Shown in pieces: positions 1 through 9,102 of a DNA stretch of 64,000 nt. The notes beneath the pieces are model-generated. The model had not been told where the DNA came from, searched no databases, and saw only the letters and a program-made list of their open reading frames with translations. Position 1 is the stretch's first letter; every line of letters begins with the position of its first letter. The translations under genes and the position numbers were made by a program. The stretch is taken from assembly GCA_045588915.1 (NCBI GenBank), contig JAZNFA010000004.1, positions 131,707 to 195,706 on the forward strand, given 5' to 3'. The stretch is from Clostridia bacterium (GTDB lineage Bacteria; Bacillota; Clostridia; Christensenellales; UBA1242).

Positions 1-182
1 CGTGACTTGTCCCAGCACACACAAGGGATTGACGCTTCACGATCACGCAACGTAAACCAAACACCATTACCACGAACCGAAGCACCTGACACTTCCCCGT
101 TCAACAAAATGTTATGCAACATTTCTTCGGCGACAAAAACCGATTTAATGTAATTATTTAACTGCGTAACCGATAATTCCAT
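1..182 (-). CDS. xseA: Exodeoxyribonuclease VII large subunit, N-terminal 60 aa (gene runs off the left edge)
   Basis: Minus-strand ATG at 180-182. Translation MELSVTQLNNYIKSVFVAEEMLHNILLNGEVSGASVRGNGVWFTLRDREASIPCVCW fits the XseA OB-fold N-terminus. It lies directly downstream of nusB, as in many Bacillota. Confidence 0.6.
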   Translation of the reverse strand, partial: MELSVTQLNNYIKSVFVAEEMLHNILLNGEVSGASVRGNGVWFTLRDREASIPCVCWDKS

Positions 183-183
183 A

Positions 184-585
184 CTACTCCGATAATTTTG
201 CTAAAAGACCATTCACAAAAGAACCACTTTGCACATCACCATATTTTTTAGCTAAATTAACAGCTTCATTGATGATTACAGGTGTTGGTACAGTACCAAT
301 CATCATCTCGGCAGCCGCCAAACGCAAAACAGCCAAGTCAGTTTGACGCAAACGATCCAACGTCCATTTTTGCAAAAGAGCACTAATCCGTGAATCAATC
401 TTTTCACGTAAATCGACAAAAGTATTCACAACTTGTTCAATGTATTGTTGTTCAGGTGCTGGTGCAACTTTACCATCCAAAGCCAGTCCCCAAGCATCTT
501 TATCAAACAACGTACCGTTACCCATCGCAAAAATCAAACGAAAAGCAACTTCACGCGACTCACTTCTGCTTAGTGCTTGCCCCAT
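184..585 (-). CDS. nusB: Transcription antitermination factor NusB
   Basis: ATG at 585 is preceded by a GAGGTG SD (complement of 591-596). MGQALSRSESREVAFRLIF...INEAVNLAKKYG is NusB-like. The track start at 603 looks like an upstream extension. Confidence 0.85.
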   Translation of the reverse strand: MGQALSRSESREVAFRLIFAMGNGTLFDKDAWGLALDGKVAPAPEQQYIEQVVNTFVDLREKIDSRISALLQKWTLDRLRQTDLAVLRLAAAEMMIGTVPTPVIINEAVNLAKKYGDVQSGSFVNGLLAKLSE

Positions 586-925
586 ATTTCGCACCTCGCA
601 CATAAATATTTACTTTATCAATCTTATCTTTGGTAAATTGACTTGCCGTATTGATGACAGCCTCTTGCACGCGATAAGCTACATCCGGTACAGCAAAACC
701 AGTTAAAATTGACAAATTAACATCAACGATTAAATTACTACTATCTTTACAGCGACTAATTTTAATCCCTGTATCTTTAACTTTGTTTTTGTAAGGTTTT
801 TTACCAACCCCAGCAACACCACGTACTTCTTTAATCGACAAAGCCAATGATTCCTTTAATAAATCATTCGCAAAACGTGTTTGTCCAAGGTATTCGCCGT
901 TTTCAATGTGAACAATTGTTTCCAT
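560..925 (-). CDS. Asp23/Gls24 (alkaline shock protein) family protein
   Basis: 121-aa ORF with an Asp23-like pattern (VRGVAGV..., DVNLSI..G..VPDVAYRVQEAV). Asp23-nusB adjacency matches yqhY-nusB of Bacillota. Confidence 0.75.
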   Translation of the reverse strand: METIVHIENGEYLGQTRFANDLLKESLALSIKEVRGVAGVGKKPYKNKVKDTGIKISRCKDSSNLIVDVNLSILTGFAVPDVAYRVQEAVINTASQFTKDKIDKVNIYVRGAKYGASTKQK

Positions 926-928
926 TAT

Positions 929-1591
929 TTATAGTTTAATATATTTTACCATAGTGTCAATGGTTTGTTCCAAGGTTAAGTTACTGTTATCAATGTAGAT
1001 TGCATCCGGAGCTTGACGTAATGGAGCAACCTTACGATTGATATCTTGTTCGTCACGTTCCTTAATTTGTGCCATAACTTCCAATAAAGAAATATCTTCA
1101 CCTTTGGCATCAAGGTCAGCTTTACGACGTTGTGCACGGACTTCTAATGAAGCTGTTAAAAAGAACTTGTAATCAGCATTCGGTAAAACCACTGTACCAA
1201 TATCACGACCTTCCAAAATATAATTACCCTGCGCTGCTACTGCTGCAATTTGGCGATTAACATAATCACGTACACCAATATGTGCCGCAACAACTGGGAC
1301 AGCCAAACTAACACTGTTAGCACGGATGCGTGGTGTTACATCTTGCCCCTGCGTAAAAACACGTATGTCGTGATTTTCTGCTGAATAAATGCGTAAATCA
1401 ATTTTATTTAATGTCATTAAAATACATTTTTCATCGTGGTAGTCAATGTTATTGTCCAATAAAAACAAAGTGACAGCACGATATGCGGCACCTGTGTCCA
1501 AGCACGAAATGCCTAACCTTTTTGATAACGCCTTAGCAACTGTTCCTTTTCCACTGGCAACTGGGCCATCGATTGCAATACTAATACTCAT
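929..1591 (-). CDS. cmk: Cytidylate kinase (copy 1)
   Basis: P-loop IAIDGPVASGKGT, LDTGAAYRA, EGRDIGTVV, 220 aa. Confidence 0.9.
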   Translation of the reverse strand: MSISIAIDGPVASGKGTVAKALSKRLGISCLDTGAAYRAVTLFLLDNNIDYHDEKCILMTLNKIDLRIYSAENHDIRVFTQGQDVTPRIRANSVSLAVPVVAAHIGVRDYVNRQIAAVAAQGNYILEGRDIGTVVLPNADYKFFLTASLEVRAQRRKADLDAKGEDISLLEVMAQIKERDEQDINRKVAPLRQAPDAIYIDNSNLTLEQTIDTMVKYIKL

Positions 1592-2358
1592 AATTTAATC
1601 CCTGCCTTTTGTAACGCAGTTAATGCGTCTCCTTTTAATAAATCTAACTTTAATGGTGTCATTGTGATGTATCCTTGTTTTAACCAATAAAGGTCTCCCT
1701 TTTGTTCATAAGCATCCATTCCAAATTCCATCAATGGGCTCTTCAACCAAGCGAATGTTGAACCGAACGGATTAACTTCAATTTCGTACTCATTATCCAA
1801 CAAACCGTCGGTCAAAGCTGTTGGCATTAAATTTTTTGCTTTAAACTTTTCGGGGAAATTAACATTTAAAACACCATAGTCTGGAATTTGTTTTGCCAAA
1901 AATTCTAACTTACGTGCCACAAATTTAGCCACACGACGATAAGCACGTTCTTTTTTTTCGTGAAGAATAGTAGCACTCAAAGCAATACTTTTAATATCTT
2001 GAATTGCTCCCTCAATTGCTGCCGACACTACACCACTGGTATAAATCATATTACCACGATTATTAACTGGATCAATCCCACTAATGATTAAATCAGGCTT
2101 ATCTAACAATAATTTGTCCAAAGCCAAAGCAACACAGTCACATGGTGTGCCATCAACCGACCAAATTTTGACACGGTCCAAAACAAACCACTGTTGCGCA
2201 TGTAAAGGGCGTTGATCAACTGTTAGCGAATGTCCCGAGCCAACCTGTTGTGTTAATGGTGCAACAATACAAACACGATGGTCTTTGGACAATTCTTTTG
2301 CCAAAGCAATAATACCAGGATGAAAACAACCAGCTTCATTTGTTAAAAAAATTTTCAT
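1588..2358 (-). CDS. surE: SurE-family 5'/3'-nucleotidase homolog with altered N-terminal metal motif
   Basis: MKIFLTNEAG..., VAP....GSGHSLT, GTPCDCV, SGID..NRGN and TSGVVSAAIEG follow the SurE layout. The canonical NDDG is NEAG here. Confidence 0.7.
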   Translation of the reverse strand: MKIFLTNEAGCFHPGIIALAKELSKDHRVCIVAPLTQQVGSGHSLTVDQRPLHAQQWFVLDRVKIWSVDGTPCDCVALALDKLLLDKPDLIISGIDPVNNRGNMIYTSGVVSAAIEGAIQDIKSIALSATILHEKKERAYRRVAKFVARKLEFLAKQIPDYGVLNVNFPEKFKAKNLMPTALTDGLLDNEYEIEVNPFGSTFAWLKSPLMEFGMDAYEQKGDLYWLKQGYITMTPLKLDLLKGDALTALQKAGIKL

Positions 2359-3155
2359 TTTAAAATCTCCTTTTGCATTTGTTCTAAGCGTGCGAAATCT
2401 GTACTGTTATAAGTTAAAGGAGCTATGATAATGTAATTCTTTTTGAAATAAGACATTCCTGCCGTTGGCGCAACTTCGGTTTTGTGTGAACTTTCACGTT
2501 CGACTAATTGAGCCCAGTAATACTTATTTCCCTTACAATCTTCTTTTTCCAAATAACGTGTCATTTTAGTTAAGTTATCCATTGATGAGATACCCACACC
2601 TTGGAAGTCATCATAACTTTTGACCAGTGGAATGGTAATATTTAAAAATGTGTCGGTTGGTAATTTAGCCTTCGCAAACTTATCAATATTTTTTGCAATG
2701 AATTGAGCAGCTGGTAAAAGATCGCTTTCTTTATGTCCACCCATTTGCATTGGCACACCAACAGCAATACAAGGCACATTACTGAAGACAGCTTGCATCG
2801 CCATTCCAATATTTGAAGAACAGAAGACATCAGTTCCCAAAGAGATTCCATTACTAATTCCACAGATCACAATTTGTGGTTTACGGTGACGCATAATATT
2901 GCCAAGCATAATCGAAATCATATCAGCTGGCGTACCTTGAAATTTATAAGCCGGAATGCGTGTACCGTTTATGGTATAATTCGAGATTTGTTTAAACTTA
3001 GTTGGAAAACCACTGTATGAAAATGCATTCCCCTTTTGACGGCTGGAACCTTCCAAAGAACAAACAGTTACCGAGTGTTTTTTGGCCAATTCTCCAGCCA
3101 ACACTTTCAGTTCTGCTGATTCCAAATTTCTCACATTTGCAATTAGGATATTCAT
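2355..3155 (-). CDS. Second, more degenerate SurE-like paralog
   Basis: Same length class and layout as the gene downstream (MNILIANVRN..., GTPADMI, CGISNGISLGTD). The DD metal ligands are replaced by VR. It overlaps the next surE-like gene by 4 nt. Confidence 0.5.
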   Translation of the reverse strand: MNILIANVRNLESAELKVLAGELAKKHSVTVCSLEGSSRQKGNAFSYSGFPTKFKQISNYTINGTRIPAYKFQGTPADMISIMLGNIMRHRKPQIVICGISNGISLGTDVFCSSNIGMAMQAVFSNVPCIAVGVPMQMGGHKESDLLPAAQFIAKNIDKFAKAKLPTDTFLNITIPLVKSYDDFQGVGISSMDNLTKMTRYLEKEDCKGNKYYWAQLVERESSHKTEVAPTAGMSYFKKNYIIIAPLTYNSTDFARLEQMQKEILK

Positions 3156-3180
3156 TAAATGTATGATATACTTTTTTTAG

Positions 3181-3891
3181 ATGCGCGTAAACAAATATCT
3201 TGCGTTGTGTGGATTAGGCAGTCGTCGCCATGTGGAAACCTTAGTGACCACAGGTCGTGTACGCCTTAATGGTGTCGTAATTACGGACTTGGCGACTTTA
3301 ATCCCCGAAGACGCAACCGTAACAGTGGACAATCGTCCAGTTAAACCAGCTACCGATAAAGTCTATATTTTACTCAATAAACCAGCAGGAGTTGTTTCCA
3401 CAACGTACGACCCACAAGGTCGCCCGACTGTTTTAGATGTTATCAATCAAAACCCAAAACAATATGCTAAGTTGTTAAAATCCGTTCGACTCTACCCTGT
3501 AGGACGTTTAGACTACCACACTTGTGGTTTACTGCTCTTAACAAACGATGGTGTTTTAACCAAACAGTTAACGCATCCATCAACCCACGTCGATAAACTT
3601 TATCACGCAACCGTTGACCGTCCGGTTACAAAAAGTGAATTAGAAACACTTTCACAAGGTGTTAAAATTGATGGTGTAAAAACGGCACCGGCATCTTTCA
3701 ATTACCTTAAACACGATCGAACCCAAATTCAAGTTATTATTCACGAAGGTCGCAATCGTCAAATTCGTAAGATGTTTGAAACCTTAGGCATTAAGGTCAC
3801 ACATTTAATACGTTTACAAGAAGGTAAAATCAGTTTAGGAAATTTACCAACTGGTGATTGGAAGTTTGTCCGTAAAAACCAAATTATTTAG
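3181..3891 (+). CDS. rluB: RsuA/RluB-family rRNA pseudouridine synthase
   Basis: N-terminal S4 domain (MRVNKYLALCGLGSRR), catalytic GRLD motif (YPVGRLDYHTCGLLLLTNDG), GRNRQIRKMF. Confidence 0.85.
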   Translation: MRVNKYLALCGLGSRRHVETLVTTGRVRLNGVVITDLATLIPEDATVTVDNRPVKPATDKVYILLNKPAGVVSTTYDPQGRPTVLDVINQNPKQYAKLLKSVRLYPVGRLDYHTCGLLLLTNDGVLTKQLTHPSTHVDKLYHATVDRPVTKSELETLSQGVKIDGVKTAPASFNYLKHDRTQIQVIIHEGRNRQIRKMFETLGIKVTHLIRLQEGKISLGNLPTGDWKFVRKNQII

Positions 3892-6382
3892 TACCAAAAA
3901 GAAATTGACGGAACATTTCGGCAGGTAACATTAACAATGCTAAAACACCAGCAAATAAAATATAACCCCAATCAATCGGTACAGTTCGGAACACGCCACC
4001 CCCAAAGAAAATAATCAAGAATTGTGACAAGACAATTGCCACCATAATGATGACAAAAGCTTTATTTTTCAACAAACCACGGAACAAATTTAAACCATTA
4101 GCACGAGCATTAAACGCATTGCAGACATTCAAAAACATAAAGAAAGTGAAGAATACGGTTACAAATACTTGTTGACTGCCCACAACTTTTTGAATATAAG
4201 GCGATAATAAAAACCACATACAAATTAAACTACCAAACACACTACCCCAGATAATCTTACCCCACATTGCTTTGGTAATTAAACTTTCATCACGACGCTT
4301 CGGTGGTTGCTTCATATAAATGCGTGCCGGCTTTTCGCCACCAAAAGCAAGTCCGGCCAAAGTATCCATCACTAAGTTAATCCACAGCATTTGAATTACC
4401 GTAATCGGGGCAGCAATGCCAAACAACGGTGCTAAAATACAAATTACCATTGCGATAAAGTTGATGGCTAATTTGAAAACTAAAAACTTACGGATACTTT
4501 CAAACAAAGTTCGTCCAAAAGAAACTGCCTTTGTAATGGACTGGATATTATCATCCATAATGACGATATCGCCGGCAGCCTTAGCTACTTCCGTTCCACT
4601 TCCCATAGCAAAACCTAATTCAGCTTGCTTTAAAGCAGGAGCATCATTTACGCCATCACCAGTCATCCCCACCACAAGATTTAAACTTTGAGCCACCCTT
4701 ACCAAACGGCTTTTATCTTGTGGATAAGCACGAGCAACAACCTGCAAACGTGGTAACACTTGAGCAAGTGCGTGATCGTCCAAATGGTTTAATTCGTCAC
4801 TTGTTAAGACAATTCCTTGCTCATCCAAAATACCAACTTCACGTGCCACAGCCACAGCAGTATCACGAGCATCACCAGTAACCAATACCACTTGAATTTG
4901 TGCCGTATGTAAAGTATCAATGCTTGTACGAGCCTCTGGACGCACAGCATCACGAATCACCACAAACCCTAACAAGATTTCACCCTGTGTCACACATATC
5001 ACACGCATCGCTTGTTGGCTCAATTTGCTGATTTGCTGAGTCAATCGTATGCGTTGCCCTTCTTCAATTTGACAGCGTGGCAATAAAACTTCGGTCGCTC
5101 CTTTATAATAGATATCTCCTTCAGATGTCGCCGTTGACATATACTTAGTCGCCGAAGAAAATGGCTCAACGTTTTGCTTAATGACTTTCGGCAAAACACC
5201 ACCTAATAATTCACTACCAAAACCGGCAAGAACTCGGTCGGTCATATTACCCCCAATAAAACCTTGTGGCGTAGCTTCAGCTTCGTTGTTTACCACCAAA
5301 GCCGTTCCCAGTAATTGACTATACTCACCTAAACAATTACGAAAATTATCAGTTACATATCGACCATTCGGCAACAAAACGCCACACACCGACAACTTAC
5401 CTTGTGTGATTGTACCAGTCTTATCAGTAAACAAGATATTCAAACTCCCAGCCGTTTCCACAGCACTCAGTTTACGCACCAACAATTGGTCACGCATCAT
5501 TGCACGCATATTTGACGATAAAACAACAGTAATCATCATCGGTAATCCATCAGGCACAGCCATAACCACCACGGAAACAACCAAAGTAATGGCTGCCAAA
5601 ATTTCGGTAAAAGTAATTCCTCCACCACTCACGCTAATCAAGAATGTAATTGCGGCAATTGCTGCACCCACATAACCAATGGCTGACACTAAGTTTGCCA
5701 GTTTAGACAACTTAACTTTTAAAGGACTGGTTGGCGCTGACTCTGTTAAACCTTGAGCAATTTTACCGTATGCTGTTTGGTCGCCCACGGCTGTCACACG
5801 CATAACACCAGCACCCCCAGTAACCACAGTCCCCGAAAACAATTGTTCAGATGCTAAAAAATCCACCTTATGTTCGGTTGTTGATGCGATAGGATGTTTG
5901 TGACACTCCAAGCTTTCACCATTTAAAATACTTTGGTCAACACTAACCGAACCATCAACGATTATTCCATCAGCAGGAATTTTATCACCACTGCCTAATA
6001 ACACAACATCACCAACAACAATTTGCGTGGCTGGCAGTAAAACGGTCTTACCGTTACGTTTCACACGAGATTCAATTTGCCCGGACAACTTTTCCAATTT
6101 TTTAAAAGCTGATTCACTACCCATTTCGCTGAGTGTACTAACCATTACGGCAATACAAATTGAAACAACAATACCAAAAGTTTCTAAAAAGTTGTGCGTA
6201 TAAAATAAACAAGCAATATTTATTCCTGTGACAATCATCAAAATTTTCATAATCGGGTCGCCAAGATTGTTAATAAATATTTGCCAAAAACTACGCTTTT
6301 TGGGTGGCGTTAAAGTATTGCTACCATACTGCTTACGTGCTTTTTCAACTTCCTGCTGTGTCAATCCATAAAAGTCTTGCAT
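3884..6382 (-). CDS. P2-type cation-transporting ATPase (Ca2+/Mg2+-ATPase-like)
   Basis: DKTGTIT phosphorylation motif, TGD, GDGVNDAPALKQA hinge, cation-ATPase N-terminus (LTQQEVEKARKQYGSN), about 10 TM helices. TM4 reads PDGLP rather than PEGLP. Confidence 0.9.
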   Translation of the reverse strand: MQDFYGLTQQEVEKARKQYGSNTLTPPKKRSFWQIFINNLGDPIMKILMIVTGINIACLFYTHNFLETFGIVVSICIAVMVSTLSEMGSESAFKKLEKLSGQIESRVKRNGKTVLLPATQIVVGDVVLLGSGDKIPADGIIVDGSVSVDQSILNGESLECHKHPIASTTEHKVDFLASEQLFSGTVVTGGAGVMRVTAVGDQTAYGKIAQGLTESAPTSPLKVKLSKLANLVSAIGYVGAAIAAITFLISVSGGGITFTEILAAITLVVSVVVMAVPDGLPMMITVVLSSNMRAMMRDQLLVRKLSAVETAGSLNILFTDKTGTITQGKLSVCGVLLPNGRYVTDNFRNCLGEYSQLLGTALVVNNEAEATPQGFIGGNMTDRVLAGFGSELLGGVLPKVIKQNVEPFSSATKYMSTATSEGDIYYKGATEVLLPRCQIEEGQRIRLTQQISKLSQQAMRVICVTQGEILLGFVVIRDAVRPEARTSIDTLHTAQIQVVLVTGDARDTAVAVAREVGILDEQGIVLTSDELNHLDDHALAQVLPRLQVVARAYPQDKSRLVRVAQSLNLVVGMTGDGVNDAPALKQAELGFAMGSGTEVAKAAGDIVIMDDNIQSITKAVSFGRTLFESIRKFLVFKLAINFIAMVICILAPLFGIAAPITVIQMLWINLVMDTLAGLAFGGEKPARIYMKQPPKRRDESLITKAMWGKIIWGSVFGSLICMWFLLSPYIQKVVGSQQVFVTVFFTFFMFLNVCNAFNARANGLNLFRGLLKNKAFVIIMVAIVLSQFLIIFFGGGVFRTVPIDWGYILFAGVLALLMLPAEMFRQFLFGTK

Positions 6383-6411
6383 TGTCTATATATATAAAGC
6401 TATATAACAAA

Positions 6412-6437
6412 ATTTGCTTGTGAATCCACAAGCAAAT
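6412..6437 (-). terminator. Hairpin downstream of the virB4-like gene (probable end of the long rpmF-to-virB4 gene string)
   Basis: Perfect 11-bp stem (atttgcttgtg / cacaagcaaat) followed on the minus strand by a T-rich tract (TTTTGTT). Confidence 0.5.
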
Positions 6438-6463
6438 TAGTTTTACTATCTGATTGAGAGTTT

Positions 6464-9085
6464 TTATTCGAAGACACGACGAATCTCATCACTGGTTTCA
6501 ATACGTACTGTGGAACGTGCCACCGGACCATACATAAAGAAACACTGACCACGAGGAGCAGCCACAATGGTTTCCTGCTCACGTTTGTTAATACCACCCG
6601 CGTTCTTATACAAAGTAACTAAGTCGGTCATATCGTTCGGTGCTAACGAGAAAATCAAGCTATATTGTGAAGCGTTGATAATCGCAGCTGATTTTTTGGC
6701 AATAGCAGGCGAACCCACAAAGTCTTTAATATTTTGGGTAATAACGATTTGCATACCGTCGTACTTACGAATACGTTTTGCCATTTGGAACATAAAGTCC
6801 AAAGCGATCGGACGTTGTTCATCAATGAAAACGTGCGCTTCATCGACAACGACAATAATCTTACGTTTAGTATGATACTTGTTGTTGAAGTCACGGTTTT
6901 TAATAACTTCACCTTCCAAATACTTAAAGACCAAAAGCATTTGCGCATTAGCAACAAGTTCGTTTTTGTTTGATAACAAAGTCAAGAAGTTAAACACGAA
7001 GAAATTTTCTTCGGTACGAATAGTATTTGGACCATTCCACAAACCAGAATAACGTCCACCCTCGGCAAACTTTTCCAAATAAGTGGTCAAAACTCGATAG
7101 TTAATACGTGAGAATTCATCTTTTGATTGTGCATAACTACGTTTTGCTAATTCATACAATTCATCAAAAACAGGAAATTGTTCAGGACGTACTTTAGCAA
7201 AATCTGTATAACGGTCAATCCCCTTCATACTATACAAACGGTTAACCAAACTGTTCAAGGCTTCCAAAGCATCGGAACGGATACCTTCCATAACAATCTT
7301 AAAGAAACTTTCCAAGAAACGTAAGTGACTTTCAAAGGTATCATCATATTCTTCACCAGTATCATCATCTTCTTCCAACATATTCGGATAAATATGGAAT
7401 GGATTAAAACGACCGTGCCCAGCATTACCAACGTCAATCATTCCACCGTGCAATTTCTTAGCCATCGTTGAATATTCTTTTTCAGGGTCGCAAATGTAAA
7501 TACGTGTATTATCAGCCGCTAGGTTAGTTAAAATTGATTTAGTTGCGAAAGATTTACCACCACCCGACTTACCAATAATAATCATATTACTATTAACACG
7601 GACATCATTACGTTGGAAGAAATCAACAAAAACTGGATTACTATTGCTACCCAACATAATGCCTTTTTCATCCATCAACAAATCCGAAACAAACGGGAAA
7701 GACGCACCCAATGTGGTGGTAACCATACCACGTTCAATCGCATCATATTTATCCAAACGTGAAACATTAGCCGACACAAATGCATCAATTTGTTTACCTG
7801 AGTTGTTACTAAATTTAAAACCCTCTTCAACAATCGCGTGACGCAATTCTGAAGCTGTTTTCGTGTCAGTAGTAATATGGATTTTTACATTGAACATTTG
7901 TTCATTGCCAGTTTTTAACTGTTGTAACATTTGTTCAATCGTTTGCAACTGGCTTTGTTTTTCCATCTTTTGACTTTCTTTACCTTTGTTTTCCTGAGAA
8001 CGCATTTCGATAATTGCACGGTCAATCAATTTTTCAGATTCAGCCTTTGGCATTTGCGAAAAGTTCATTACGGTACGACAATTTGGATAATTAAAGAATG
8101 TATACAACCAAGCTGGACCAACACTCATCGGATAGTCGGTAATCGTCAAAGTTGTTTTATCTTCTCCGTCCATATGATAACGGTTGACACCAAATTTAAT
8201 TTTATCTGGGAATGTCCATTGCGTACGTTTATCGAACGGAGCGTGGTCAAAATCTTTTTCGTCAAAGTATTTATTGTAATTACCACGTAAAAAGACATAA
8301 AGTTCCTTACCTAACAAACGATGAGCATGTAAAGATGCACCCAAAGCCGTAATCACACTGGCAGTAATATTGTCTAACTCTTCTTTGCGTGAAGAATATA
8401 TTACCAAATAGTAACCAGTACGATAAACCTTAGCTTCTTCATTCATATATTCCAAGTTCTGTCCACGGGAGTTAAATACAGCTTCACGTGCTTCTAATTC
8501 TTCTTGCGAGAAAGTACCACGTTCCACATTAAGCGCCAATTGATCGTATTTTTCAATTTCGTTATCAATGTATTTGTCAAACAAAAGAGGTTTTTCAAAG
8601 GAAATTAAACTACCTGAATTTTGTGTTCCAATACGACGCAACGCATTCGCAAAATTGTTGATTAACATTGTTTGTGCTTCGGCACCCAATAACCCAAATT
8701 CAACCGGCATAATTTCAATGACCGAAGCCACATAATTTCCGTAATCAATAAACTTGTCGTCCAATACACCAACGTAAGGTACGATACGGCTCATTTCAAC
8801 ATAGCCTTTGTCTAAAATTTTGGCATACTTTTTGGAATAAGCAAGGAAACGAAAATACCAAATAAAAGATTCATATTTGCGATCCCCGGCACTGTCTTTC
8901 AGCATTCCAACGACGACTAACAAAGCCAAAATTGCACCCAGAATCATCAACGGAATTAAACCTGAAATAAACAGTAAAGCAACAGCACCAGCACCAAGAA
9001 TCATCCAAATCAAGTCACTGGCTGTTAAACCCTTGACAAAGATGGTCTTAATCTTGGTTTTCCTTGGAATAAAATAATCACCCAT
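6464..9085 (-). CDS. virB4: VirB4/TrbE/TraE-type T4SS ATPase with N-terminal double-TM (VirB3-like) segment
   Basis: 873 aa. Two hydrophobic helices span aa ~25-65. Walker A is IIIGKSGGGKSF (7550-7573) and Walker B is IIVVVDEAH (6839-6859). Size and layout match Gram-positive conjugative VirB4 homologs. AGAGGGG SD upstream. Confidence 0.8.
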   Translation of the reverse strand: MGDYFIPRKTKIKTIFVKGLTASDLIWMILGAGAVALLFISGLIPLMILGAILALLVVVGMLKDSAGDRKYESFIWYFRFLAYSKKYAKILDKGYVEMSRIVPYVGVLDDKFIDYGNYVASVIEIMPVEFGLLGAEAQTMLINNFANALRRIGTQNSGSLISFEKPLLFDKYIDNEIEKYDQLALNVERGTFSQEELEAREAVFNSRGQNLEYMNEEAKVYRTGYYLVIYSSRKEELDNITASVITALGASLHAHRLLGKELYVFLRGNYNKYFDEKDFDHAPFDKRTQWTFPDKIKFGVNRYHMDGEDKTTLTITDYPMSVGPAWLYTFFNYPNCRTVMNFSQMPKAESEKLIDRAIIEMRSQENKGKESQKMEKQSQLQTIEQMLQQLKTGNEQMFNVKIHITTDTKTASELRHAIVEEGFKFSNNSGKQIDAFVSANVSRLDKYDAIERGMVTTTLGASFPFVSDLLMDEKGIMLGSNSNPVFVDFFQRNDVRVNSNMIIIGKSGGGKSFATKSILTNLAADNTRIYICDPEKEYSTMAKKLHGGMIDVGNAGHGRFNPFHIYPNMLEEDDDTGEEYDDTFESHLRFLESFFKIVMEGIRSDALEALNSLVNRLYSMKGIDRYTDFAKVRPEQFPVFDELYELAKRSYAQSKDEFSRINYRVLTTYLEKFAEGGRYSGLWNGPNTIRTEENFFVFNFLTLLSNKNELVANAQMLLVFKYLEGEVIKNRDFNNKYHTKRKIIVVVDEAHVFIDEQRPIALDFMFQMAKRIRKYDGMQIVITQNIKDFVGSPAIAKKSAAIINASQYSLIFSLAPNDMTDLVTLYKNAGGINKREQETIVAAPRGQCFFMYGPVARSTVRIETSDEIRRVFE

Positions 9086-9102
9086 TGCCTACCCCTCTAC
9101 AA

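Noticed and set aside
390-706. Numerous 60-130-aa ORFs antisense to, or out of frame within, long genes (for example 390-605, 4416-4691, 7931-8290, 11248-11595, 13774-14106, 40770-41168, 59527-59907)
   Set aside because: These are shadow ORFs inside well-supported coding regions. Their composition is low-complexity and mirrors the opposite-strand codons, and they have no initiation signals.
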